Source: Eledone cirrhosa
Lineage: Eukaryota
Direction of reading: 5' to 3'
DNA: 64,000 nucleotides
NCBI GenBank assembly: GCA_964016885.1
Contig: OZ024757.1
Coordinates: 20,150,001 to 20,214,000 of the forward strand
Shown: in pieces, positions 25,001 to 38,404 of the stretch
How positions within the stretch are numbered: position 1 is the first letter of the stretch
Layout of the letters: every line of letters begins with the position of its first letter
Program-made: the position numbers and the translations under genes
Notes under the pieces: generated by a model
The model's input: only the letters and a program-made list of their open reading frames with translations
Told to the model about the DNA's origin: nothing
Databases searched by the model: none

Positions 25001-28000
25001 AATAGTATATATAGAGTAATGTGAATGTTATGCGAGATATTATGTGAGGTAAAGCCTTTACTGTGAAACTACAATAGTATATATAGAGTAATGTAAATGT
25101 TATGTGAGATATTATGTGAGATAAAGCCTTTACCATGAAAATATAATAGTATATATAGAGTAATGTAAATGTTATGTGAGATATTATGTGAGATAAATCC
25201 TTTACCGTGAAAATACAATAGTATATATAGAGTAATGTGAATGTTATGTGAGATAAAGACTTTACCATGAAAATACAATAGTATATATAGAGTAATGTGA
25301 ATGTTATGTGAGATATTATGTGAGATAAAGACTTTACCATGAAAATATAATAGTATATATAGAGTAATGTAAATGTTATGTGAGATATTATGTGAGATAA
25401 ATCCCTTACCGTGAAAATACAATAGTATATATAGAGTAATGTGAATATTATGTGAGATATTATGTGAGGTAAAGCCTTTACTGTGAAACTACAATAGTAT
25501 ATATAGAGTAATGTGAATGTCATGTGAGATATTATGTGAGGTAAAGACTTTACCATGAAAATATAATAGTATATATAGAGTAATGTAAATGTTATGTGAG
25601 ATATTAGGTGGGGTAAAGCCTTTACCATGAAAATACAATAGTATATATAGAGTAATGTAAATGTTATGTGAGATATTATGTGAGGTAAAGACTTTACCAT
25701 GAAAATATAATAGTATATATAGAGTAATGTGAATGTCATGTGAGATATTATGTGAGGTAAAGCCTTTACCATGAAAATATAATAGTATATATAGAGTAAT
25801 GTAAATGCTAAAGGGTTAAAACCATGGGGCAGTTAGTTTTATTTTTAAATCCCTCAAGATACCTGATTATTTTCAAAATAATTTTAAAGCCATGGGGCAG
25901 TTTGTTTTATTAGAAATTTGGTTAGGAAAGGGTTAAAGTGATGTATTCATTCCTTACAGAACGAAGAACTGGACGCTGAGCTTAGTCTACATACACATCT
26001 TCACCAACCTCGTAGCATACGGATTGAGGCAGACATTTGTGATGTGAGAAAAGGTTAGCAGTTCAACAACCTTCATCATCATCACCACCGTCATTGTCAC
26101 CACCACCATCACCACAACCACCACCTCCACCATCATCATCATCATCACTACTACTACCACCACCAACACCATCTCCAATACCACAACCACCACCACCATC
26201 ATCACCATCACCACCACCATCACCATCGTTGTCACCACCACCACCACCATCGTCACCACGATCACCACCGCCACCACCATCGTCACCACGATCACCACCA
26301 TCGTCACCACCACCACCACCACCAATACTACAACCACAACCATCACCAATACCACAACCACCACCACCACCATCATCACTACTACCACCACCACCAACCA
26401 TCATCACCAATACCACAACCACCACAACCACCACCATCATCACCAATACCACAACCACCACCACCACTACCACCACCATCGTCACCACCACCACCATCTT
26501 CATCACAACCACCACCACCACCATCATCACTACTACCACCACCATCATCACTACTACCACCACCACCACCATCATCACCAATACCACAACCACCACAACC
26601 ACCACCATCATCACCAATACCACAACCACCACCACCACTACCACAACCACCACCACCACCATCGTCACCACCACCACCACCACCACCACCACCAATACTA
26701 CAACCACCACCACCATCATCCCCAATACTACCACCACCACCACCACCACCACATTAACTTTGGGCAGTGGCTTTTTCATAGAACTGACATCATTTTTTTT
26801 GTTGTTTTTTTTTGTTTTCTTTTCTATTTAAAAAAAAAAAATCTTTTTGCTACACTAGAGGAATTGACATCGCACATGAAACGAATCGCAGATCATTGTC
26901 AGGGCCTGGATGATACCCTGAATCAAATGAAGCAGAGATTCAATAGAATCAGAGACAACCAAGAAATTTTGTTAAGCGATTTTGAGTCACAAATTGAGAG
27001 CTTGGAACCCACTTTTCTGAATATATCGAAATCTGACAAGTAAGTAACTATTTAGAAGAGAGGAAAGAGTTTAGGAAAGTTAATGTGGTATGGTAAATAA
27101 ATAAATAAATCATTGTCATCATCATCCCTTAATTTACATGTTTTTCATCAATTTACATCTGTTTTTCCCTAAATTTACTTCTTTTTCATCAATTTACATC
27201 TGTTTTTCCCTAAAGTTACATGTTTTTCCCTCATTTTACATTTTTTCCTAATTTTACATGTTTTTCCCTAAATTTACATTTGCTTTTCCTTAATTTTATA
27301 TCTGTTTTTCCCCTCAATATACATTTGTTTTTCCTTAATTTTATATCTATTTTTCCCCTCAATTTACCTCTATTTTTCCATCAATTTACATCTGTTTTTC
27401 CCTCAATTTACATCTGTTTTTCCCCTCAATTAACATCTGTTTTCCCCCACTTTACATGTTTTTCCCTAAATTTACCTCTATTTTTCCATCAATTTACATC
27501 TGTTTTTCCCCTCAATTAACATCTGTTTTCCCTCACTTTACATATTTTTCCCTAAATTTACATCTATTTTTCCATCAATTTACATCTGTTTTCCCTCATA
27601 TTACATCTTTTTCCCTAAATTTACATCTGTTTTTCCCTCATTTTACACCCCACTCCCTCATTTGTGTCTATGTGGTGAAGACGTGTGGCTGATTGGTTAG
27701 AGAATTGGATTCACAATCTTGAGGTTGTGAGTTCGATTCCTGGACCGGGCAATGCATTATGTCCTTGAGCAAGACACTTTATTTCACATTGCTCCTTCTA
27801 CCTGGAGTTATGACCGATAGATAGTATTAGCAACTGGAAAGACCAACGGAAACATTGTTTCCTCGGTCCGATTTGACGAAAGTTGATCGATCCTTTTTGT
27901 GTCTATGTATATTTACATGAAATTTTATTTCTTCCCCTCTCCAGGCTTGTACACTTAAGAAACAAGCTGTCCTTAAAGATCAATAAATTAATGTCCAACA

Positions 28001-31000
28001 TCCGGAAGGTTCTCCGAGAATATCGATCAGATATCGACCAGGAATTCCAAAAACTAAGGGATTCCAACTCAAATTTAGTAAAGACTTTCAGGTAAGTAAA
28101 ACCTTTTATATTCTAGCACCATTCCACGGTTGTCATCACCATCACCATTGTTGTCATGGTCACCTCTGTCAATAGCATCAGCATCATCATCATTGTCAAC
28201 ATCATTGTCATCATCATCAGCAGCATCATCATTATCATCACTACCCTTATCATCATCATCATCATCACCCCCATCATCATCACCACTGTCAAATCATCAT
28301 CAACATCATCATCATCACCATCATCCCTACCACCATCAGCATCATCATGATCACCATCATTGTCACCGGTCAATATCATCAACATCATCACTACCCCCGT
28401 CATCATCACCGTCATTAGCATCATCATCAATGTCACCACCGTCAACATCACCACCACCATCATCACCACCACTGTCAAATCATCATCAACATCATCATCA
28501 TCACCACCATCATCCCTACCACCATCAGCATCATCATCATCATCACCATCATTGTCACCGCTGTCAATATCATCATCACCGTCATTAGCATCATCATCAA
28601 TGTCACCACCGTCAACATCACCACCATCATCATCACCACTCTCAAACCATCATCATCATCATCATCTTTGTCACCACCATAAGATATTCAGGACATATCG
28701 GAGGGTTCTTGCTGTTCCCAGCAAGCATGCCTTTTGAAGTGTCCCCCCCCCCCCCAAAAAAGGGGGCTAGACTAATGTCCCCAAAAAGGGGGCTAGACTA
28801 ATGTTCTTTAACCCTCCTTGAAAACCCTTCCAGATAGAACCTAGTCGGGACCAATTATTAGTCATGGTCCGTGTGAAATGGGTCTGACTTGAGCAGACTG
28901 GAGTAGATTGGAGTAGAAAGACTGGGAGGGGGAAGTTTGCCCTAACGGACAGAGTGACCATGGCTTTGTGGCATTTCTACACAAGTGACCCTTAGAGTCT
29001 CCCCACCTTTGGGGAAGTTCTGTTTGTTTTAAATGTTTATTTTCTTAGTCTCTTTTATGGATTTTATTTTACACAATCTGGACAACCTTGATCTCATGAC
29101 GGTCCCATAATATTATTATTATTATTATTTGGTAGAGGGTCGGACGCCATGCTTAGACGCATAGAGTTACGGCCCTTTCCATTCTGAGTTCAAATCCCGC
29201 CGAAGTTAACTTTGCCTTTCATCCTTACGGGGGTCGATAAAATAAAGTACCAGTAATGTACTGGGGGTAATTGCTGGCCTTGTGCCAAAAGTAGAAACAA
29301 CTATTATTTGGTAGAGGGTCGGACGCCATGCTTAGACGCATAGATTTACGGTCCTTTCCATTCTGAGTTCAAATCCCGGCGAAGTTAACTTTGCCTTTCA
29401 TCCTTACAGGGTCGATAAAATAAAGTACCAGTAATGCACTGGGGTAATTGCTGGCCTTGTGCCAAAAGTAGAAACAATTATTATTTGGTAGAGGGTCGGA
29501 CGCCATGCTTAGACGCATAGAGTTACGGCCCCTTCCATTCTGAGTTCAAATCCCGCCGAAGTTAACTTTGCCTTTCATCCTTACGGGGGGTCGATAAAAT
29601 AAAGTACCAGTAACACACTGGGATAATTGCTGGCCTTGTGCCAAAAGTAGAAACAATTATATTAGGTTGTCAAGGTCAAGTATGAAATTTATAGAAATTT
29701 GTTATTTTTTCTACAAATTTCTACAAATTTCTAGAAAAGTAGAGAATTATTATTATTATTATTATTATTACTTTCCAGGCTCTTCTCTGAGAGGGGCAAC
29801 TTCTGTGCCGAAGAGATCAATCAATTCCAAAAGGTCATTGAAAGGGCCAACATCCGAATTGACCAGGCTGAAGGAAGAATACTCTCAGAAATGGAAGGGA
29901 TGGAAGCTTTTCGCTTCGAACAAGCCAATAAAATCACTTTGACGTTTGAAGATAGGTAATTCTAACATTAACACCACCACCTCTACCACTACTACCACTA
30001 CGACCACCTCTACCACTACTAATACTACCACCTCTACCACCACCACCTCTACCACTACTACCACCTCTACCGCTACTACCACCTCTACCACCACCACCAC
30101 CACCACTATCTCCACTACAACAACCACCACCACAACCACCATCAAACCACCACTATCTCCACTACAACAACCACCACCACAACCACCACCACCACTACCA
30201 CCACCACCACCACCTATACCACCTCTACCACCACCACCACAACTATCTCCACTACAGCAACCACCACCACTACTACCACCACCAACACTACAACCACCAC
30301 CACCACCACCACCACTACAACAACCACCACCACTACTACCACCACCAATGCTACCATCATCACAACCATCACCAAACCACCACTACTTCTACCATCACTA
30401 CCTCTACCACCACCACCACTACAACCATCACCAGCACTACTCTACCATCATCACAACCACCACCAAACAACCCCCACCACCACTACCACCACAACCACCA
30501 CTATCTCCACTACAACAACCACCCCCAACACTACCATCATCACAGCCACCTACTCTACCACCACCCCCACCACCTCTACTACCACCATACCAACAACAGC
30601 ACCATCTCCACTACCACCACCACCACCACTACTACACTACCACCACCACCACACCACTACCACCATTCAGTCACGCTGGTATCAGAAGTGTTTAGATGTC
30701 CAGTAGTTATTGACACCACCACCACTACTACTACCACCATCACCACTACTACCACCACCACCACTACTACACTACCACCACCACCACCACACCACTACCA
30801 CCATTCAGTCACGCTGGTATCAGAAGTGTTTAGATGTCCAGTAGTTATTGACACCACCACCACCACTACCACCACCACCACCACCACCACTACTACCACC
30901 ACCACCACACCATCTCCACCACCACTACTACTACCACCAACACCACATCACAACACTACACTACCACCACCAACACCACACCATCTCCACCACCACCACC

Positions 31001-34000
31001 ACTTCCACCACTACCATCTCCACCACCACTACTACTACCACCAACACCACACCATCTCCACCACCACTACTACTACCACCACCACTACACTCCCACCACT
31101 ACACTACCACCACCACTACCACCACCACCAACTACCACCACTACACTACCACCACTACACTACCACTACTACACTACCACCACCTACTACCACCACCACT
31201 ACCACCAACTACTACCACCATCACCACCAGTAGTTATTGTTTCACTATTATTTCAGATTCAAGAATCACATCTTTGACCTTCAGTTCATAGAAACGATAG
31301 CTCGATGGTTGACCAATGTCCAGGTGAAGATTAAATCGGAAGTCGCCAAAAGCAATAACCAGGCAAAGGAGATTTCCTCCATTTTAGAAGCCCTTGAGAC
31401 GAAAGTTGATACCTTCAAAGAAAAACAATCTAAGAAATTGGTAAACTTTATTTGGGGGTGGGGGTATCATCATTTCATTCAACGTCCACTTTTCCCTGCT
31501 TGCAAGGGTGGGACGGGAACTGATTCTGGCTTGATTTCTACAGCTGGATGCCCTTCCTAACACCAACCTCATTTACAGTGAGTGCTGGGTGCTTTTTTGC
31601 TGTGGCACCTCCACGACCACTTTGCAGTGGAATGATAGGGACCCCAGTCCCTATCATCTGATTTCTACAGCTGAGTAAACTGGAGCAATGTGAAATAAAG
31701 TGTCTTGCTCAAGGAAACAACACATCACCCGGTCTGAGAATTGAACTCACAACCTTTCGATTGCAAGGCCAATGCTCTAACCACTAAGCCATGTGCCTCC
31801 ATATATATATATATAAAATATAAGATCAAAAGATGGTTAAAAGAGTTCCAAGTATTTTATTATGCGTATTTCAAAAACAAATATCATCATGGGATGATAT
31901 CTGCGTTCTCATCAGATAAAATAGGGATACATGATATGAAGGTTAAAAAACACTTGTGAATAGTGAAGTTTTAAATCAACATATGTTGATTTGTGAAGTT
32001 TTAAATCAACATATGTTGATTTAACACTTCACTATTCACAAGTGTTTTTTAACCTTCATCTCATGTATCCCTATTTTATCTGATGAGAACGCAAATATCA
32101 TCCCATGATGATATTTGTTTTTGAAATGCGCATAATAAAATACTTGGAACTCTTTTAACCATCTTTTGATCTTATATTATTTATACTCCAGTCATACAAA
32201 CTGTAGAGTGCTACTTATCCGATATTTGCATTGCTTTATTGTGTTACAATAAAACTCACCTCCTACATATATATATATATATATATATGTATGTAGGAGG
32301 TGAGTTTTATTGTTACCACAAAAATACAATAGTACATAGAGAATAATTGTTTCTACTTTTGGCACAAGGCCAGCAATTACTCCAGTGCATTACTGGTACT
32401 TTATTTTATCGACCCCCCCCCCCCGTAAGGATGAAAGGCAAAGTTAAACCCCTGGCGGGATTTGAACTCAGAATGGCAAATCCTGCCGAGATTAACTTTG
32501 CCTTTCATTCTTACGGGGGGTCGATAAAATAAAGTACCAGTAATACACTGGGATAATTGCTGGCCTTGTGCCAAAAGTAGAAACAATTATTGTGGATTGG
32601 CAGTATCGGTAGAGAGTCGGACGCCATGCTTTGCAGCATAGAGTTACGGCCCTTTATGATCTGAGGTCAAATCCCGCCGAGGGTTAACTTTGCCTTTCAT
32701 CCTTACGGGGGGGTCGATAAAATAAAGTACCAGTAATGCACTGGGGTAATTTGCTAGCCTTGTGCCAAAAGTAGAAACATACTGTAGAAATATACTGTTG
32801 TATATATAGGGAATAATTGTTTCTATTTTAGGCACAAGGCCAGCAATTACCCAGTGCATTACTGGTACTTTATTTTATCGAACACCCGTAAGGATGACAG
32901 GCAAAGTCAACCTCGGCCGGATTCGAACTCAGATCGCAAAGGGACGTAACTATGCTGGAAAGCATGGCGTCCGACCCTCTACCGATACTGCCAATCCACC
33001 GCCCTAGCATGGCGTCCGACCCTCTACCGATACTGCCAATCCACCGCCCTAGCATGGTGTCCGACCCTCTACCGATACTGCCAATCCACCGCCCTAGCAT
33101 GGCGTCCGACCCTCTACCGATACTGCCAATCCACCGCCCTAGCATGGCGTCCGACCCTCTACCGATACTGCCAATCCACCGCCCTAGCATGGCGTCCGAC
33201 CCTCTACCGATACTGCCAATCCACCGCCCTAGCATGGCGTCCGACCCTCTACCGATACTGCCAATCCACCGCCCTTTAAATAATTGTTTCTACTTTAGGC
33301 ACAAGGCCAGCAATTACCCAGTGCATTACTGGTACTTTATTTTATCGACCCCGTATAGGGAATAATGTAAATGCTAAAGGGTTAAACATGTTTTTTTTTT
33401 TTAGAAATATATTCAATTTGAACCAACTACGGATTTGTCAAACATAATAACACAACTGTGTTCTAGAACTTTATATTTATCAAATGTGAAGACTTTTAAA
33501 GAGCCAAGTAAGTGTCATCATCATCATCATCATAGTTATTATCATTATCATCATCATCGTTATCAACAATATCATCATCATCATCATCACTATCATCGTT
33601 GTCATCAATATTGTCAGCATCAGCATCATAAACATCACCATTATTGTCATCACCATCATCATCATCATCGCCACCGCCATCACCATCATCATCACAATCG
33701 TCATCACCATCACCATCACAATCGTCATCACCACCATCATCATCACCATCACAATCATCACCACAACCACCACCATCATCATCACAATCATCATTAACAC
33801 CACCACCACCAGCATCATCATCATCATCATCATCACAATCATCATCATCATCACAATCAGCATCATCATCATCATCACAATCATCATCAACACCACCATC
33901 GTCACCATTGTCATCACCACCACCACCACAATCATCATCAACATCGCCACCACCATCACAATCAACATCACTACACCATCACCACCACCATCACCACCAC

Positions 34001-37000
34001 AATCATCACCATCATCACTACCACCATCACAATCACCACCACCACCACCACCAGCACCACCATCACCATCACCATCACAATCATTATCATCATTTAATGT
34101 TCACTTTCCCTGTTAGCAATTATTCAACAGGTCAACATAGACCAGGTCAGTACTGAAGCAGGGGCCTACTGACATCCCAGACAGGCTGAGGAGGTCTGTA
34201 TTCCATTTATGAATGGTCCTTGTCGAGGACAAAGGAGAAGTTGTATCTTTTGACACAAACTGAAAGGTTCCTCCCGACCCTTTGTCTGGCAAGCTTTGGA
34301 TGTCCTACACTTGGATGTCCTTCCTATCACTAACCAGTTTACTGCATGTACTGGGTGTGTTTATCATATAGATCACCAAACACTAAGGAGGGTGTAATAT
34401 CCTTGACATGATTGAAAGGTGCTCCCAAACCCTTCTTTTGCAAGCTTTCTATGGCTGGATGCCCTTCTTATCACCAACACTAGGGGGGTTGACTGTGGGG
34501 TCCTCCCAAACCCTTCTTTTTCAAGCTTTCTATGGCTGGATGCCCTTCTTATCACCAACACTAGGGGGTTGACTGTGGGGTCCTCCCAAACCCTTCTTTT
34601 GCAAGCTTTCTATGGCTGGATGCCCTTCTTATCACCAACACTAGGGGGTTGACTGTGGGGTCCTCCCAAACCCTTCTTTTGCAAGCTTTCTATGGCTGGA
34701 TGCCCTTCTTATCACCAACACTAGGGGGTTGACTGTGGGGTCCTCCCAAACCCTTCTTTTGCAAGCTTTCTATGGCTGGATGCCCTTCTTATCACCAACA
34801 CTAGGGGGTTGACTGTGGGGTCCTCCCAAACTCTTCTTTTGCAAGCTTTCTATGGCTGGATGCCCTTCTTATCACCAACACTAGGGGGTTGACTGTGGGG
34901 TCCTCCCAAACCCTTCTTTTGCAAGCTTTCTATGGCTGGATGCCCTTCTTATCACCAACACTAGGGGGTTGACTGTGGGGTCCTCCCAAACCCTTCTTTT
35001 GCAAGCTTTCTATGGCTGCATGACCTTCCTAACACCAACTACTTTACAGCGTGTTCTGAGTGCTTTTACTGTGTAAATACTAGAGAGGCTGTCATGTCCT
35101 TGACACAACTGAAGGGTCCACCCAACCCTTTGTCTGGCAAGCTTTCTATGGCTGGATGCCCTTCCTAACACCAACCATTTCACAGTGTTTCCTGCATGTG
35201 TTTATCATGTATATCACTGACACTAGAGGGGTTGTTTTGTCCTTGACATAAAGGGTCCCTTCAACCCTTTGTTTTGCAAGCTTTCTATCACCAACTACTT
35301 TACAATGTGTACTGGGTGCTTTTATTATGTCGATCACCAACACTAGAGGGGTTGTTATGCCCTTGACATAACTAAAGGGCACTCTCAACCATTTTAGGTA
35401 TAATCAGGAATTACTTTCATTTTATTTTTCTTCTCTTTGTTTTGCTCTCTTTATCAGTCATTACCAAGGCAAATTCTATAAACATTGTAAGTGAAGTACC
35501 ATCTGTATGTAAAGCAGGAAGGACAGGCCTTGACGATCCTTCGGTGGTTACCGTTAAAAGCCTTCTTCGGTAAAATTTTGTTTTATTTCATATTATTAAC
35601 TCTCTCAACACTTTTTAGCAGAAAATATCTAAGGAAAAAAAAGGTGGTTGTTAATTCAAATGTTTATAGTAGCTTTACTAGTGGACATATCAACTGGGTA
35701 GTTTTATTTCATAGAACCGGAGCCAGTTTGGGCCAGGCTGGTAAGATAGTAACTCTGTAAGGTTCTTATATAAAATTATGTTGGAAGATTTTAATTTAAA
35801 TTGGAAACCTTTAAAATGTGGTTTTATTTCATAGAACCAGAGCTGGTTTTTGATGAGTTGGTTACTAAAGGGTTTAGGGAAACAACATTCAACTATGCTT
35901 ATTTCTAAATAACAAATACTGCCAATATATCAAACACCATTTTTAATCAATTGTTATCATTGGAAATCAGTAAAAATTTCTGAAAACAGGTCCTTGTGTA
36001 TAAGACCAGGGGTGTAACTAAGGTATAGCAAGTATGGCATGTACCATGGGCTCCACTTGAAGGGAGCACCATTTGAACTAACAGCAATTTTTATTAAGGG
36101 CTGATAAGCTATCATCAGAAAGTGAAAAAAAAGACTTCTTCAGATGTATGATTCTGATCATGACTATGACGAGTGTGGCGTTAAACCAATTATATAAAAT
36201 ATGTTTGGGCAAGGGGTGCAATTTCACTGTTGCCATAGGTGCTGTTTTCCCTAGATATGTGTATAAGAGGGATAAGTTGTAGTGTGCGGGAGAGAAGACT
36301 CTGTTGGTATGGACATGTGATGCACATGGAGGATGACCGCTGGGTAAAGAAGTGCCAAGAAATCCAAGTAGAAGAAGATGCAGTAGAGGAAGACCACGAA
36401 AAACATAGGCGGGGGTGGTGAGAGCAGACCTCAGATTGCTGAAACTCATGGAGGCGATGACGAATGGAGAGATGCTGTGCTGAATAGGACCCGTCCAACC
36501 CTTGCAAGCAGGAAAAAGCGGACATAAAATGATGATGATGATATGCCTCTGTATAAGACATAATATATACTCAAATATAAGCCGAACCCCACCCCCTCTT
36601 TTTCATGTCGACACATTGTTTAGATGGTGTATATAAGTCGACCACTCCCTCTATTTTACCATTTATTTTTTGGTCACATATTCCTCGGTTTATATTCAAG
36701 TGTATACAGTATATATCTCAGTATCATTTGTAATCAATTGTTATTAAAACATATTTGCAATCTTCTATTTGAAATTAGTCTTTTTAAACTAAAAAAATAT
36801 CTGAAATTGTGTACTTGTGTATAAGCAACTTTTTTTTTCATCCATAATTTTAGTTAGAAATATCTAGTTTTATACACGAGACTCTGAACTCCTTGCTTCC
36901 CTGGGCATGGATTCAATGAAGCTCCGACGTCTGGCAATGGACTTGGTAAACACCCACAAAGTTATTAACCATCTCGCCAACAACAACCCTGAGCACCTTT

Positions 37001-38097
37001 TTGATCTCCATGTGTCTAACACACGTGGACATGCCTACAAAATCAGAAAACAGCACAGCTCCCATGACTTTCGGAAACATTTTTTCACGCTCAGAGTTGC
37101 TGAAGCATGGAACAAACTGCCTGCGTCAGTTGTTAGCTGTCGAGACACTGCATCCTTTAAAACCTCCGTGGAACAAACTACCTGCGTCAGTTGTTAGCTG
37201 TCGAGACACTGCATCCTTTAAAACCTCCATGGAACAAACTACTTGCATCAGTTGTTAGCTGTCGAGACACTGTATCCTTTAAAACCTCCATGGAACAAAC
37301 TGCCTGCATCAGTTGTTAGCTGCCGAGACACTGCTTCCTTTAAAACCTCCATGGAACAAACTCCCTGCATCAGTTGTTAGCTGCCAAGACACTGTATCCT
37401 TTAAAACCTCCATGGAACAAACTACCTGCATCAGTTGTTAGCTGTCGAGACACTGCATCCTTTAAAACCTCCATGGAACAAACTGCCTGCGTCAGTTGTT
37501 AGCTGCCGAGACACTGCATCCTTTAAAACCTCCATGGAACAAACTACTTGCATCAGTTGTTAGCTGTCGAGACACTGCACCCTTTAAAACCTCCATGGAA
37601 CAAACTACCTGCATCAGTTGTTAGTTGTCGAGACACTGCACCCTTTAAAACCTCCATGGAACAAACTGCCTACGTCAGTTGTTAGCTGCCGAGACACTGC
37701 ATCCTTTAAAGCCCTCATGCTTCCCAAAATTCGCCAAAACTACACCTGATGTCCCCCTTCCATACACATGCACACACGTGTATATCATGATTCTCATGCA
37801 CTGTTCATTTTCCTGATGTTTGTACATTACACCTTTTGATGAGTTGTAGTGCACCTGAGCACTGTACACAATATGTCATTATTATTATTATTATTATTAT
37901 TAATATCATATATATATGTTTGTTTTTACAGAAGCATGAAGGTTCTGGAATACAGACAAGGTAATGAGCCAGTCCAACCTAGAAACACTCCTATACTATA
38001 TATTGAGGGTTTTTACAACAATCTATTCAGAAATTTTCTGAATAAATTGTTGCGAAACCCCATTGTGCACACTTATTCTTCACCATATATAGAAATA

Positions 38098-38158
<61 letters not shown>

Positions 38159-38363
38159 ACCAGTAAGACCCCGACGGCTGAGCTCAAGCCGTTTCGACGG
38201 CTAATTCTAGATGTCTAGAATTCTAATGTCTAGAATTAGCCGTCGAAACGGCTTGAGCTCAGCCGTCGGGGTCTTACTGGTTCCTATTACCCACTCTACT
38301 ACCCCAAGTATTGAGTACTTTGGTGCGTTATGGTCCACCTGGTTCCTTACCACATTTCCTTCG

Positions 38364-38404
<41 letters not shown>

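Noticed and set aside
24762-25772. 336-aa hydrophobic repeat ORF
   Set aside because: Translation of a 72-bp MITE-derived intronic array.
36098-36145. Additional CCDC180 exon candidate
   Set aside because: Weak acceptor and no phase combination compatible with the neighbouring exons.
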